DNA of 64,000 nucleotides from positions 4,346 through 68,345 of IMG/VR virus record IMGVR_UViG_3300035517_000173; one strand, written 5' to 3'. Positions 48,159 through 58,130 of this stretch are shown piece by piece; positions within the stretch are counted from its first letter, which is position 1, and each line of letters begins with the position of its first letter. A program made the position numbers and the translations under genes. A model generated the notes under the pieces. The model saw only the letters and a list, made by a program, of their open reading frames with translations. It ran no database searches and had not been told where the DNA came from. The DNA comes from a virus (taxonomy: Duplodnaviria > Caudoviricetes).

Positions 48159-48548
48159 TCACTCCTTTAACAATTCTGTATTGTCGAAAATGTTTCCAAT
48201 AACCTCAATTCTTCGTTTTGTAGCCCAAAAATAAAGTTCGTTTCTAAAGCCCATGTTTTCAAAATCGTCGCTGCCAACAAACCATTGTCCGTTTTTGAAA
48301 GATACTTCCCCGATTGGGTTTTCTTTGTAACCCATGACGGAAATAATATCGCCGTCAAAAATCATGGCACCATTCACATCTTTGAACCCTGTGAACTGGC
48401 ACACTGTGTCTAGTCTTATTCCTACCATGTCTGGAATATTATTTATCATTCCACGCATGATATATCCTTCATTCCATATCTTGTAGAAATACCCATACAC
48501 CCATTTTCCATTGTCAATCCGCTTTCCACGAAACAATATCTCTCTCAT
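48159..48548 (-). CDS. YopX family protein
   Basis: MREILFRGKR...CQFTG.KD.NG..IFDGDI...EVIGNIFDN. Confidence 0.9.
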   Translation of the reverse strand: MREILFRGKRIDNGKWVYGYFYKIWNEGYIMRGMINNIPDMVGIRLDTVCQFTGFKDVNGAMIFDGDIISVMGYKENPIGEVSFKNGQWFVGSDDFENMGFRNELYFWATKRRIEVIGNIFDNTELLKE

Positions 48549-48751
48549 TACTCAAACACCTCAAATTCTTTCAATATGCAATCGGCACAATATTCAACAC
48601 CGCCTGCGCAATCATACCGATATAATTTATCAACTTCTTCTCCGCAACAATCACACGTCAGCACCTTTACATTGCGGTTTTTACATCTGTCTCCGATACA
48701 TGGATATAATTCTGTCGCACAACTGACGCAACGATTTTCATATGTAATCAT
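48548..48751 (-). CDS. Cys-rich small protein
   Basis: Multiple CxxC. Confidence 0.65.
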   Translation of the reverse strand: MITYENRCVSCATELYPCIGDRCKNRNVKVLTCDCCGEEVDKLYRYDCAGGVEYCADCILKEFEVFE

Positions 48752-49092
48752 TCCTTATCATCTCTCTTTCCAAAAATCAGCATGAATAATTTCCAAAGCA
48801 ATTTCAATATCAGACAGAAAATAAGGATACAAAACATTACTATGCTTAAATACCATGTGCAAAGAAATATCAATATCTCAAGTATTATGATTCCACCTAT
48901 GTTTATGATTCCATACGTGCTTTCAAGTGCCATACATTCCCACAAGAATACACACTTGAAAAATTCAACCACACTCGATAATACAAACTCACAATCAACT
49001 ATGTCATCATCGCCTAACCCAACAAAAGCAATCGGAACACCTACCATCATTGTAATTATCAGATATGCTACTATTACATCTTGCCACGTCAT
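48748..49092 (-). CDS. Small membrane protein
   Basis: Hydrophobic segments. Confidence 0.6.
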   Translation of the reverse strand: MTWQDVIVAYLIITMMVGVPIAFVGLGDDDIVDCEFVLSSVVEFFKCVFLWECMALESTYGIINIGGIIILEILIFLCTWYLSIVMFCILIFCLILKLLWKLFMLIFGKRDDKE

Positions 49093-49109
49093 TTATTTAC
49101 ACCTCGCTT

Positions 49110-49295
49110 TTAATTTATACCGCCTTTGTGTCCTTTCATTCCGGCACTTCGTAATGCCGAAAAAATAACTCTTTCTGCGTACTCTTGGCTCATATCTCTG
49201 TCCATCGTTATATCCATGCGAATATACCAATTTTTCTTTTTGTAATCATCTGTTTCAAATCCATCAATAGGACTGTGTTTTGCAAATTCTGTCAT
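49110..49295 (-). CDS. Hypothetical protein
   Basis: Co-oriented ORF. Confidence 0.55.
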   Translation of the reverse strand: MTEFAKHSPIDGFETDDYKKKNWYIRMDITMDRDMSQEYAERVIFSALRSAGMKGHKGGIN

Positions 49296-49360
49296 TTTAC
49301 ACCCACTTTCAAAAGTTCCTTAAACTTCTCAAACTGTTTCTGCGATACCTTGTTGTTGGA

Positions 49361-49915
49361 TTAAACATATTTCCAATGATAACCGTGAGAAGTTTTATAA
49401 ACTCCTCGGCACGCACTTCTAATATTGCTAGAGTTTATTCCTGTTTTTCTTTCTACATCACGACTGTTGTAAAACACAACTCCTGTTTCAATGCACATAA
49501 CAGGCTTTTGATTATACATATTATTAGTTCTTGTTCTGCTGCTATTAGCCTTGCAGCTCCCATAATTCACGTTATACTTGCAGTCACACCATTCCAAATT
49601 TTCTACGCAATTATTTGTTTTAATTTCATCCTTGTGATTTATCTGCGGATAATTATTTGGATTCGGAATAAACGCCTCTGCGACAAGTCTGTGAATTAAA
49701 AATGATTTCTGCTTATTATTTTTCGTTAGGCATATTCCTAAATATCCTTTTTTTCTTCTTGATGGGTGCATAATCTTTCCTGTATAGTTTTGAAACATAT
49801 CATTCCAACTGTTATATATTTTTCTGTCCATACTTCTTACTCTACCTAAGTTTGAAATCTGATAATATCCCTCAAATTCAGGTATATCTTTCCATATTTC
49901 TTCCAATAAAATCAC
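49361..49915 (-). CDS. NUMOD4-HNH homing endonuclease
   Basis: EIWKDIPEFEGYYQISNLGRV, IHRLVAEAF, INHKDE...NLEW. Confidence 0.9.
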   Translation of the reverse strand: MILLEEIWKDIPEFEGYYQISNLGRVRSMDRKIYNSWNDMFQNYTGKIMHPSRRKKGYLGICLTKNNKQKSFLIHRLVAEAFIPNPNNYPQINHKDEIKTNNCVENLEWCDCKYNVNYGSCKANSSRTRTNNMYNQKPVMCIETGVVFYNSRDVERKTGINSSNIRSACRGVYKTSHGYHWKYV

Positions 49916-50526
49916 TCCTTTCTTTGGTTGTTATCGTTATAGAAGTTCAAAAAATCATTGAATTTACTCAACGCTTTCTGCTGATTTTTAGTCGGTGGGC
50001 TTGATTTCGCCTTGTATTCCAAGTGCAAGTCAAACAAATGGCTAATTTCTTTAGATGCGTTTTTGTACCCTTGTCTCAATCCATCTCTATATCCTCTGCT
50101 TTCACGATATTCATTTATCTTTTCTTTCCCTGCACCTTGACCGCCAGCAGTTTTGTTGTACCGACATTGATATCCTTGCTTTGTATATTCCAATATCCAG
50201 TATTGTTCCCATTTGTCTAGTTCATTTTCTGGATAATACAAAGCATTTATCTTCCACCCATACGGATTATCTTTTTCATCATATAATCCTCTCTTTTTCA
50301 AACTGAGGTCTATATGTTGATATCCAGACAGGTGTTGTGCCACTCTGCCAAGAACAGAAACGGATGCTTGCCCTATGTAAAAATAGCCTATCCCATCTTC
50401 ATCAATTCTTGTCAGAAAATAAATGCCACTACGGTCTTGTAAATAAGGATTCACTTTTAAGACACGTTCCTTATTCTTCTTCTCGATAGCGTAAATCTGT
50501 CTGTAATTAGGTTTGCTCATAATCAT
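49912..50526 (-). CDS. GIY-YIG nuclease family protein
   Basis: SGIYFL...FYIGQA...R...E. Confidence 0.8.
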   Translation of the reverse strand: MIMSKPNYRQIYAIEKKNKERVLKVNPYLQDRSGIYFLTRIDEDGIGYFYIGQASVSVLGRVAQHLSGYQHIDLSLKKRGLYDEKDNPYGWKINALYYPENELDKWEQYWILEYTKQGYQCRYNKTAGGQGAGKEKINEYRESRGYRDGLRQGYKNASKEISHLFDLHLEYKAKSSPPTKNQQKALSKFNDFLNFYNDNNQRKE

Positions 50527-50758
50527 TACCTCTCTTTGCCTTTAATCTATCATCACATTCCATCTGCCTTTGCTTATATATTCTCCGTATTTCTTTACAA
50601 TATCTTCTATGTCTAAGTTTCGTCGCCACTTCACACGACACAGTAACATAGGACGAACATAAGGGCGGATGGCAATAATGCTCATATGTTCCGTCTGCAA
50701 GTCTATATAACTTATGGCAATGGCAAGACAAACATTTTTTGTAATTAAGTTTTTTCAC
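50507..50758 (-). CDS. Hypothetical protein
   Basis: Co-oriented ORF. Confidence 0.55.
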   Translation of the reverse strand: MKKLNYKKCLSCHCHKLYRLADGTYEHYCHPPLCSSYVTVSCEVATKLRHRRYCKEIRRIYKQRQMECDDRLKAKRGNDYEQT

Positions 50759-51085
50759 TTACCACACCTCGCTCTCATAACATTCTGTAAATTCTATAAA
50801 TTTCAATAATTGCAAATTTAAGTAATATCATAGTGATGGTTACCTTATCCCATATATCTAGTTCCATATCAATCTATTCCACCTCACAATTTTTTTGATA
50901 GTTCCAACAATTCACTACGCAACAAAGTTATTTGCCGTTTTATCGAACCTTTGCTATCGTGATGTGATACTTCATAACCTCTGATTTATTCTCGCAGAAA
51001 CTTCCAAAACATGGAACATACGGATAGCCTTTTCTGTGGCAGTACCACAACTTAGAGTTTTTGTCCTGAGATACCTCGTGTGTCA

Positions 51086-51355
51086 TTATTTTTTATTCCC
51101 ATCTCGCAACATCAAACATATTTCAAGTGTCTGTCCGTTCAATGCAAGCGTAGTGTGAAATGCAGGACATTCTTCTCTCATGCAAGGCATGAAATATTCG
51201 TTTTCAAATGCTTCACCCTCAACTGTTGCTGATAACAGTCTTTCTTTTCGCTTTCTAAAAGGACATACTTTAAGTTCTTTATGTGAATCCATATATATCT
51301 CCTCTCTAACCATCATATTTCCGATTTTAGCCACTTTGCGACTACCAACCGACAA
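51086..51355 (-). CDS. Cys-containing small protein (likely start MDSHKEL)
   Basis: CPF...PCMREECPAF. Confidence 0.6.
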   Translation of the reverse strand: MSVGSRKVAKIGNMMVREEIYMDSHKELKVCPFRKRKERLLSATVEGEAFENEYFMPCMREECPAFHTTLALNGQTLEICLMLRDGNKK

Positions 51356-51401
51356 ATTATCGTTAAGCGACTAAAAATCGGATATGGGACCTTTCTGCGT
51401 G

Positions 51402-53897
51402 TTACATAAAGTCAAACAACGTAGGTGCTGTGATTTCGTTTTCTGCCGACTGCAAATACCCCAATGCGTCTCTAAAATAATCGCTGTTTAACTCACACAT
51501 ATATCCTATACGTTTCATTTTGATAGCTGACATAGGTACTGTACCTAATCCACCAAATGGGTCATACACCAAATCTCCCTCGTTTGAATATCTGTTAATG
51601 ATTCTTTCTACAATATCTAGTTGGAGAGGGCAAACGTGCATTTGCTTTCTCCTATTGCTTTGTTGCGTGTTTAATGTCCTCATTCGGTTTACATCGTCCC
51701 ACACTTCCAACTGATTCCATGAACCGGGGGCAACCACCATAAATATAGCTGGCAACTTTCCGTTTTCGTCCAGTTTCTTTGCAAGTGCAACGTGTTCTTC
51801 ATAGTTATAAACATTTTCCCTAGAAAATTCACGATAGACTGCCTGCAAATTTTTCACAGGGACTTCCTCTAATTCTTCCTTGCTTATAAGCCTGTCTCCG
51901 CTACTTCTCCAATAAGCGTGTGCGTCAATCTGCCACTGTGCCCTTGTATAATCCTCTTTGGACTTTGATACTGGCTCATCGGCATAAGCCTTTGTTCTAT
52001 CCGTCGGAAGTTTACGGAAAAGCAACACATATTCTGGACAACCTACACCCATCTTTGAACCATCTTTGCATTGTTCCGTCCAACCTAATCTATATGTTTG
52101 GTTGTTTTCTCTGACAACGTCTGTGACAACTGTAATCATTCCAAAATACTGAAAACCATGTCTCATATAATGCTTTATACAATCTGCATGAAAAGGCTCG
52201 ATTGTCGGCATACCAGTTCCAGTAGCATTCCCAAAAAGAACTCTGTCTTTCACATGGATAGCCGCCACTCTACCCGGCTTTAACACTCGCAATAATTCTG
52301 GTGTCAAAAAGTCCATCTGTTTGAAAAACTCATCGTCATTCTCATTACAACCAAAATCGTTGTAATTAAGACTGTACTCATAATGGTTTCCAAATGGAAT
52401 TGACGTATGTATTAAATCAATGCTGTTATCTTCCATCTTCCTCGTGTGTTCTACGCAATCATTATTCACCGCTGTATACTTTTCTCCTGTGACAATCACT
52501 TCTTCAACACCCATCTTTCTGTTTAACTGCTCAAATCGGTTTACATTGTTTAATCCATATTGCTTAACAATCTCTATCATTTTAGCAACCATTTCATCAT
52601 GCCTTTTCCACTTATCAAGCAACACGTCTTTCACTGTACGTTCACTTTCCATATAGATAATGTCAATGATTACCTTTTCATCTTGCAAAAATCGGTAACA
52701 TCTGTGTATAGCCTGTAAGAAGTCGTTTGCTTCATAATCAATTCCAAGAAATATCTCTCTGTGACAATATCTCTGGAAGTTACAACCGCTACCACTTAAT
52801 GATTTCTTCGTGGCAAATAGCCTTGTCCTGCCTTCTGAAAAGTCAATAACACGCTTTTCTCTCTCGTCATAGTCGAGACTTCCCCAGATAGATACAACCT
52901 CTGGGATGGCCTTTTCTATGGCGTGTCTTTCGGCTTCTCTGTCGTGCCACAATACAAAATGGTCGTCTGGACTTGCATTGATGATTTCAACCAGCTTTGC
53001 AACTCGCTCATCTATCGAATTTCCCTTTATATGTGAAGCTTCTTTCAGTCCAACACTCGCTTCATTGAAAAGTGTAAACTGTCCATATCTATCAGTTTCT
53101 TTTCCATATTCAATCGGAATCTCGTGCCACCTCACTTCTAACTCAGGCAACACATATCCGTCATCGGAATATTCGGGATTTAAATCTGACGGCTTCGTGC
53201 AAAATAACGCCCAACTGCTAATCCATAACCAAAACTCTGTCTCCCTGTTTGGATATAAGGTTAAATTGTTCGCCTTTGTGCTGTCTCTCTGGAAAAACCT
53301 TGTTAAAGCCTGTCCAGTAGGCATAACCTCTAAATAGCCTGCATAGTGAATCAGTTCCTTATATTTGTTTGGAGATGGTGTAGCTGTTGCAACCATCTTA
53401 TAAGGCACTCCCTTGAATTTATCTAGGAATGTCTGATACGTCTTGCTGCCAAAACTTCTTAAAACGCTTGCCTCATCTAATGATGTAGCCATAAAGTATG
53501 TAGGCTCAATATCACCATCTCTTACTCTTTCGTAATTTGTAATAACAATTTCAGTTGTAGAATTTTTCACATCTTCCATTGTTTTCACATACTGCGGTGC
53601 TTCATATCCTAAAACTTGCACTGAATCTCTTGTAAATTCCTGTTTTACACCTAAAGGGCATACAAGCAAGGCTTTTCCACCAAACTTATTTGTGACTTGA
53701 TGTAGGAACTCTAACTCTTGTACGGTCTTGCCTAATCCGTAGCTTTCAAATAAAGCTCGTTTTCCACCTCTTAATGCCCATCTCACAGCTTCTTTTTGGT
53801 GTGGCATGAGTGCCGAGTTTATTTCACTTTCCGACACCTCAAAGCCTGTCTCTTTTGCAATGTCAATTTTCGTCTGCAAAAACTCTGTATAATTCAT
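51402..53897 (-). CDS. SNF2-like helicase fused to an N4/N6 DNA methyltransferase
   Basis: GLGKT, LDEAS, TATPSPN, QAIHRCYR; then TSIPF and DPFGGLGT (beta-class order). Confidence 0.88.
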   Translation of the reverse strand: MNYTEFLQTKIDIAKETGFEVSESEINSALMPHQKEAVRWALRGGKRALFESYGLGKTVQELEFLHQVTNKFGGKALLVCPLGVKQEFTRDSVQVLGYEAPQYVKTMEDVKNSTTEIVITNYERVRDGDIEPTYFMATSLDEASVLRSFGSKTYQTFLDKFKGVPYKMVATATPSPNKYKELIHYAGYLEVMPTGQALTRFFQRDSTKANNLTLYPNRETEFWLWISSWALFCTKPSDLNPEYSDDGYVLPELEVRWHEIPIEYGKETDRYGQFTLFNEASVGLKEASHIKGNSIDERVAKLVEIINASPDDHFVLWHDREAERHAIEKAIPEVVSIWGSLDYDEREKRVIDFSEGRTRLFATKKSLSGSGCNFQRYCHREIFLGIDYEANDFLQAIHRCYRFLQDEKVIIDIIYMESERTVKDVLLDKWKRHDEMVAKMIEIVKQYGLNNVNRFEQLNRKMGVEEVIVTGEKYTAVNNDCVEHTRKMEDNSIDLIHTSIPFGNHYEYSLNYNDFGCNENDDEFFKQMDFLTPELLRVLKPGRVAAIHVKDRVLFGNATGTGMPTIEPFHADCIKHYMRHGFQYFGMITVVTDVVRENNQTYRLGWTEQCKDGSKMGVGCPEYVLLFRKLPTDRTKAYADEPVSKSKEDYTRAQWQIDAHAYWRSSGDRLISKEELEEVPVKNLQAVYREFSRENVYNYEEHVALAKKLDENGKLPAIFMVVAPGSWNQLEVWDDVNRMRTLNTQQSNRRKQMHVCPLQLDIVERIINRYSNEGDLVYDPFGGLGTVPMSAIKMKRIGYMCELNSDYFRDALGYLQSAENEITAPTLFDFM

Positions 53898-53902
53898 AAT
53901 CT

Positions 53903-53950
53903 TCTAGGAGTAAATCATGATTTATTGTCCGGACAAACCTCTTACTCCTT
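53903..53950 (-). promoter_or_regulatory. Leader hairpin upstream of the helicase-methylase
   Basis: Minus GGAGTAA...GTCCGGAC...TTACTCC. Confidence 0.4.
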
Positions 53951-53970
53951 TCTGCTTTTATCTCAATACC

Positions 53971-54174
53971 TTATTCATTTTCAACATAAACATCTATCAT
54001 TGCACCGTTATATCCACATTTACCGCCATTATCTCCACAATTGACAAATGCAACGCATTTTTCTTTGATGCATGGTAAAAAATATGTTACTGTTATATCT
54101 CCGTTTCCTACCATCATTGCTTTTCTTTCTTCCTTTTGCGGAAGATAAGGGCATAATTTTAATTTTTTACCCAT
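53971..54174 (-). CDS. Cys-containing small protein (paralog-like of 51086-51355)
   Basis: CPY...PCIKEKCVAF. Confidence 0.65.
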   Translation of the reverse strand: MGKKLKLCPYLPQKEERKAMMVGNGDITVTYFLPCIKEKCVAFVNCGDNGGKCGYNGAMIDVYVENE

Positions 54175-54184
54175 TTAAAACCTC

Positions 54185-54598
54185 CTAATTGAACGGCAAT
54201 TCATCGCCGATACTGTCATCAATGTGCATGAAATCATCATCGCTTGTCTGCGGTGATGAATTTTGATTGTTCTGATGCGTTGCTTTACTTTCACAAAATT
54301 CCTGTTCCTCAACAACTACATCTGTTGTGTAAACCTTGTTACCGTCTTTGTTCGTATAGCTTCCTGTCTGTATTCTGCCAGTGGCAGCTATCTTTGTACC
54401 TTTATGCAAATATTTTTCTGCAAACTCACCTAACTTGCCAAATGCTATACAGTTGATAAAATCAGCCGATGGCTCGTTGTCACGCTTAAATTTTCTGTCA
54501 ACAGCAAGTGTATATTTTGCAACTGCTGTGTTATTCTGACCGCCATATCTTACTTCGGGGTCTTTGGTTAATCTGCCTATTAAAATTACTTTATTGAT
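54185..54598 (-). CDS. ssb: Single-stranded DNA-binding protein, apparent ATC start
   Basis: (M)NKVILIGRLTKDPE...ADFINC...GRIQTGSY...DELPFN; the track ORF lacks the N-terminus. Confidence 0.88.
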   Translation of the reverse strand: MNKVILIGRLTKDPEVRYGGQNNTAVAKYTLAVDRKFKRDNEPSADFINCIAFGKLGEFAEKYLHKGTKIAATGRIQTGSYTNKDGNKVYTTDVVVEEQEFCESKATHQNNQNSSPQTSDDDFMHIDDSIGDELPFN

Positions 54599-54618
54599 AA
54601 GTCATTCCACCTTTCTAT

Positions 54619-54891
54619 TTATTGTTTGCTTTTCTCGTCACGCATTAAAATGTCGTTAAACAACTGTGCGTGTTTCCTGTCAACCCTTGCTATTTTGCAA
54701 CCACAATACTCACAATACTTCATGCAAGGGTGTTTTTCTAAATCTTTCATCCCCATATAGCAATTCCCACATATCCATTTCCCGTTGTATTCATCATCTT
54801 TTAAGATTGGAACAATATTTCCTTTTTCGTCATGGGAATATGGTAAACGTAGGAACAAAGGCTCAATCCCATTTACATCTTCCATATACAC
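54619..54891 (-). CDS. Zinc-ribbon protein
   Basis: CGNC...YCEYCG. Confidence 0.65.
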   Translation of the reverse strand: MYMEDVNGIEPLFLRLPYSHDEKGNIVPILKDDEYNGKWICGNCYMGMKDLEKHPCMKYCEYCGCKIARVDRKHAQLFNDILMRDEKSKQ

Positions 54892-54899
54892 CTCACTTT

Positions 54900-55595
54900 C
54901 TAAAATGGCACTTCCGACAAATCAACTGTCAGACCTCGCTCTGCGACATACACATTTGCGTTTCCTGCGACTTTTTTGACCTCTGTGAGTATTTCTTCCT
55001 TGTCTGCGTTAGATGTGCTTAAATGGCACACTATGACGTTTCTAAGGGCATTTGATACGTTGTCTTTCACTATCCCTATCGTCGTGGAAAGTTCTGCGTG
55101 ACCACGAGCGACATGGGAGTAGTTCTCTTTATCCCTGTCAACCATGCTTTTACAGTAATTGCACTCTACCAACAAGATGTTGATTTTCTGCTTAGCGAAA
55201 CTCACAGGGATATACTCAAAGTCCGTAGCATAAACCATTCTCTGTCCATCTGGACAAACTACATAGAATCCACAGCAAGCTACATTGTCGTGTGGGACTT
55301 CAAAACTTTGCACCTTAAACCCTCCAAATTTCCTCGCTTGACTTTTGTTTGTTTCCAGATAAGGTGTAAAACAGTCAATCCCCATTCTCTGAAACTCTGG
55401 TAGACTTCTTGCATGGTCTAGTCAAAGATGACCATGAGTTACAATAGTCCCCTCTACGTCCGATACGTTGTAATCAATCGCTTTCATAATCTCTGACTTT
55501 TTTAAGCCTAAGTCCAAAAGCAACATCTTTCCGTTGTCGGATTTTAAAATGTAGTTATTCCCGCTACTTCCTGTGCCTGTGCAATATATGGTCAA
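54900..55595 (-). CDS. MBL-fold metallo-hydrolase interrupted by an in-frame TGA (55422-55424)
   Basis: TTG start; GSSGNNY, THGHL*LDH, PHD, YATD, ECNY, HLS motifs all in one frame. Confidence 0.85.
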
Positions 55596-56290
55596 GTTAC
55601 ATCACCTCCCCATTGTTCAGCCATAGCCTTTGCAATTCCATGATATGTTTTACTTCTTTCTTTTTTTTACTCTAGGGTCTTTCCATGATAAAATTTTTCC
55701 GTTTTCATCACGAACACACCAACTCGGTCCTGAATACCCACCAGACTTCCCTTTGCTATGTATGATTTCCGGCTCCACTATTTCCGTTGGTTTTAAAGGT
55801 TTTAATCCTTTCAGCCACAGACAAGTTTTTTACTAACTGGACTTCCAAATTGAAAAGGCTGTATAATGCAATCTGGCTTTCGATATTCCGTTGAAATAAT
55901 GCCTACTGGATTTTCTATTGCAATCTTTTCACAATCAGCATTAACAAACTGCATAAAAAACTCTATTGCTTGTTTCCGTTTTTCAAATCTCTGTATTGCC
56001 TTTTCTCCATATCGTTCAATGTTGTAATATCTGTTAGCCGCTACTGTCAGATATGTACAAGGTGGGTGTGCTATAATCAAATCCCACTTTCCGTCAATTT
56101 TATGTTCTACTCCGTCTACTGTCCGAAAACTGCAATTTCCATTCAGTAAAGGTAATACATCTGTCTGTATATGCCATTCTTCGTGACCTCCGCTGCAAGG
56201 TTCAATGTCACAAGAATATGCTTCGTGTCCTAGCTTGCGAAACTCTATACACACTCTTTGACTTTCCTCACAGGCTACTAATACTTTCAA
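55592..56290 (-). pseudogene. C5-cytosine methyltransferase-like gene with two homopolymer frameshifts
   Basis: HPPCTYL and IENP motifs; KTCLWLKGL in a shifted frame after A6 (55826-31), RSKTYHGIAKAMAEQWG back in the original frame after A8 (55661-68). Confidence 0.75.
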
Positions 56291-56333
56291 AACTCAATCA
56301 CACCTCACTTTCCGAAACTACTTATTTATAAAA

Positions 56334-56966
56334 TTATTCTGATTCCTTGTTCTCTTTTTCATATTCCAACGCTTTCTGTTGTAGATTTTCTAGCAACTTA
56401 GGAATATTCATTCTCTTAATGGTGTCTACTGCCAACTGGTCTTTTAAGTTCTGCTCAAGTGTCTTTATAACAGTATCTTCTGCATCTTTTTGAGCCTTTT
56501 TAACCATTTCGCTAACTTGTGCAGATAATGTTTTGTTAAGGTATTCTCTTATGCACTTTTCTGAAATTGAATATTGCTTATCGGAATCGTACCTCGCAAT
56601 AGAATAATCTTTGTCATATATTTTCCTTGTAAGATATTTTTCAAATTCCAATCCGACAAACTCGCTAATTGGTATGTACTCAACCTCGTCTCCCCATGTT
56701 GATTTCTTTCGAGGAATTTTAATTTTCTCGATTGAATTTTGCGTTACAACATCTAAGAAATCTTCAACTCTTTGTCCGATAATTTCCGTAGCTTCACTCA
56801 ATTTCTCTGCAATAGCTGTATCTAACTTTTTCGTCACTTCATCTGTTGTCTTTTTTAACAGTTCGTCTTTCACGCCTTTTATGACTTGTTCTCTGATTTC
56901 ATCATCAATCGAATAATCTTCATCAGATAACCAGTCCAATTCTACTTCAATATTAAATTTTGCCAT
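56334..56966 (-). CDS. Hypothetical protein
   Basis: Long co-oriented ORF. Confidence 0.7.
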   Translation of the reverse strand: MAKFNIEVELDWLSDEDYSIDDEIREQVIKGVKDELLKKTTDEVTKKLDTAIAEKLSEATEIIGQRVEDFLDVVTQNSIEKIKIPRKKSTWGDEVEYIPISEFVGLEFEKYLTRKIYDKDYSIARYDSDKQYSISEKCIREYLNKTLSAQVSEMVKKAQKDAEDTVIKTLEQNLKDQLAVDTIKRMNIPKLLENLQQKALEYEKENKESE

Positions 56967-56979
56967 TTTATTATTAACC

Positions 56980-57375
56980 TCACTTTCTGAAAAATGTTTC
57001 CCTCACGTTTACAACATTTGCACTCATAGCGTATTCAATGGAAACTGATGGTCTTTCTGACGGACAGCAGATAAAGTCGCTACAAACGCGTGGTTTTGAT
57101 TCATATATGGTGCATTTATGCGTTTTCTTGCTATCGTCCAGAAATGGACACGTCATATCCAAAATAGGCTGTGCAAGTGGTATTGATACACCATGTTTAC
57201 ATTCCTTGATATTGTGTACCTTAATGTAACTGCGGATTTCCTTTATTTCTTCGTCTGTCATAGGTAAAATGTTACTGCAGCACTCGCCACATTCCGTACA
57301 CTTTCCATTGTCCGTAAAATCGTAAGTGCCGTTGTTAAAATCATTCAGCATTTCTGCTATGCTTGCGGTTTTCAT
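56980..57375 (-). CDS. YkgJ-like cysteine-cluster protein
   Basis: CTECGECCS...CPFLD...CTIYE.KPRVC..F.C. Confidence 0.85.
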   Translation of the reverse strand: MKTASIAEMLNDFNNGTYDFTDNGKCTECGECCSNILPMTDEEIKEIRSYIKVHNIKECKHGVSIPLAQPILDMTCPFLDDSKKTHKCTIYESKPRVCSDFICCPSERPSVSIEYAMSANVVNVRETFFRK

Positions 57376-57758
57376 TTGAACTCACCTACTCCTTTTATTC
57401 CTGTGAATATGCTAGGCGGCATTGGCAGTTTGCCGGAATATTGCTCAATCGGTTTCCAAATATGCAAGCAGTATTTTACATTGTTCACATACTCGCTTTT
57501 CGGTGGGTGATACTGTACGCAACATTCATCAGCATTAAAGAACATATCCTTTAACTCGCACATTTCTTCCCAAGTCGGCATACGGCTCTTTCCGTCAATG
57601 CTTATATGTTCCCAACCACCGCCAAAACTCCAAATAACCGTCATTCCTTTTTGATAGCCTTTTGTGAAAACTCCCATACCGCCGTCAAAGCCTGTTCGTA
57701 TAATATTGAAATCTTTCCTTGCGTCCAGTTCAGTTAATAATGTTTTAATATTTTTCAT
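57372..57758 (-). CDS. Conserved phage protein
   Basis: GWEHISI..PTWEEMC...YVN...CLHIW. Confidence 0.75.
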   Translation of the reverse strand: MKNIKTLLTELDARKDFNIIRTGFDGGMGVFTKGYQKGMTVIWSFGGGWEHISIDGKSRMPTWEEMCELKDMFFNADECCVQYHPPKSEYVNNVKYCLHIWKPIEQYSGKLPMPPSIFTGIKGVGEFK

Positions 57759-57761
57759 ACG

Positions 57762-58130
57762 CTACACCTCGATTTCATCGTCCTGCGGAAACTGAAAGAC
57801 CTTGCAAGCCATGTAATATCCACTCGGATAAAACTTCTCAAACATTTGAGCGTTATAAAGCGTTAAATCATCGTCTTTCGCTATCTTGCTTTTATCAATT
57901 TCTGGAAATTTAACATAATTTCCTTTTCCGTAAGCCTCACGCAACATTTCCATAGCCTTGATTGCCTTTTCTTCGGTGGAGTATTTGGCAATAACGCTTG
58001 CCATAACATTCTCCGGGCAATCAGCTACGGTTTTCATTGCAACAATTTCATTGCTTGCTGTTTTTCCGATTACAAAATTTTCATATGGTATATCTAATGT
58101 CCCATCTTGACTTATCACACGCATAATCAA
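57762..58130 (-). CDS. Hypothetical protein
   Basis: MRVISQDG...YSTEEKAIKAMEML family pattern. Confidence 0.7.
   Translation of the reverse strand: MIMRVISQDGTLDIPYENFVIGKTASNEIVAMKTVADCPENVMASVIAKYSTEEKAIKAMEMLREAYGKGNYVKFPEIDKSKIAKDDDLTLYNAQMFEKFYPSGYYMACKVFQFPQDDEIEV

Noticed and set aside
55422-55424. Alternative genetic code (TGA reassigned)
   Set aside because: TGA ends many genes here, and decoding it would disrupt HxHxDH spacing.
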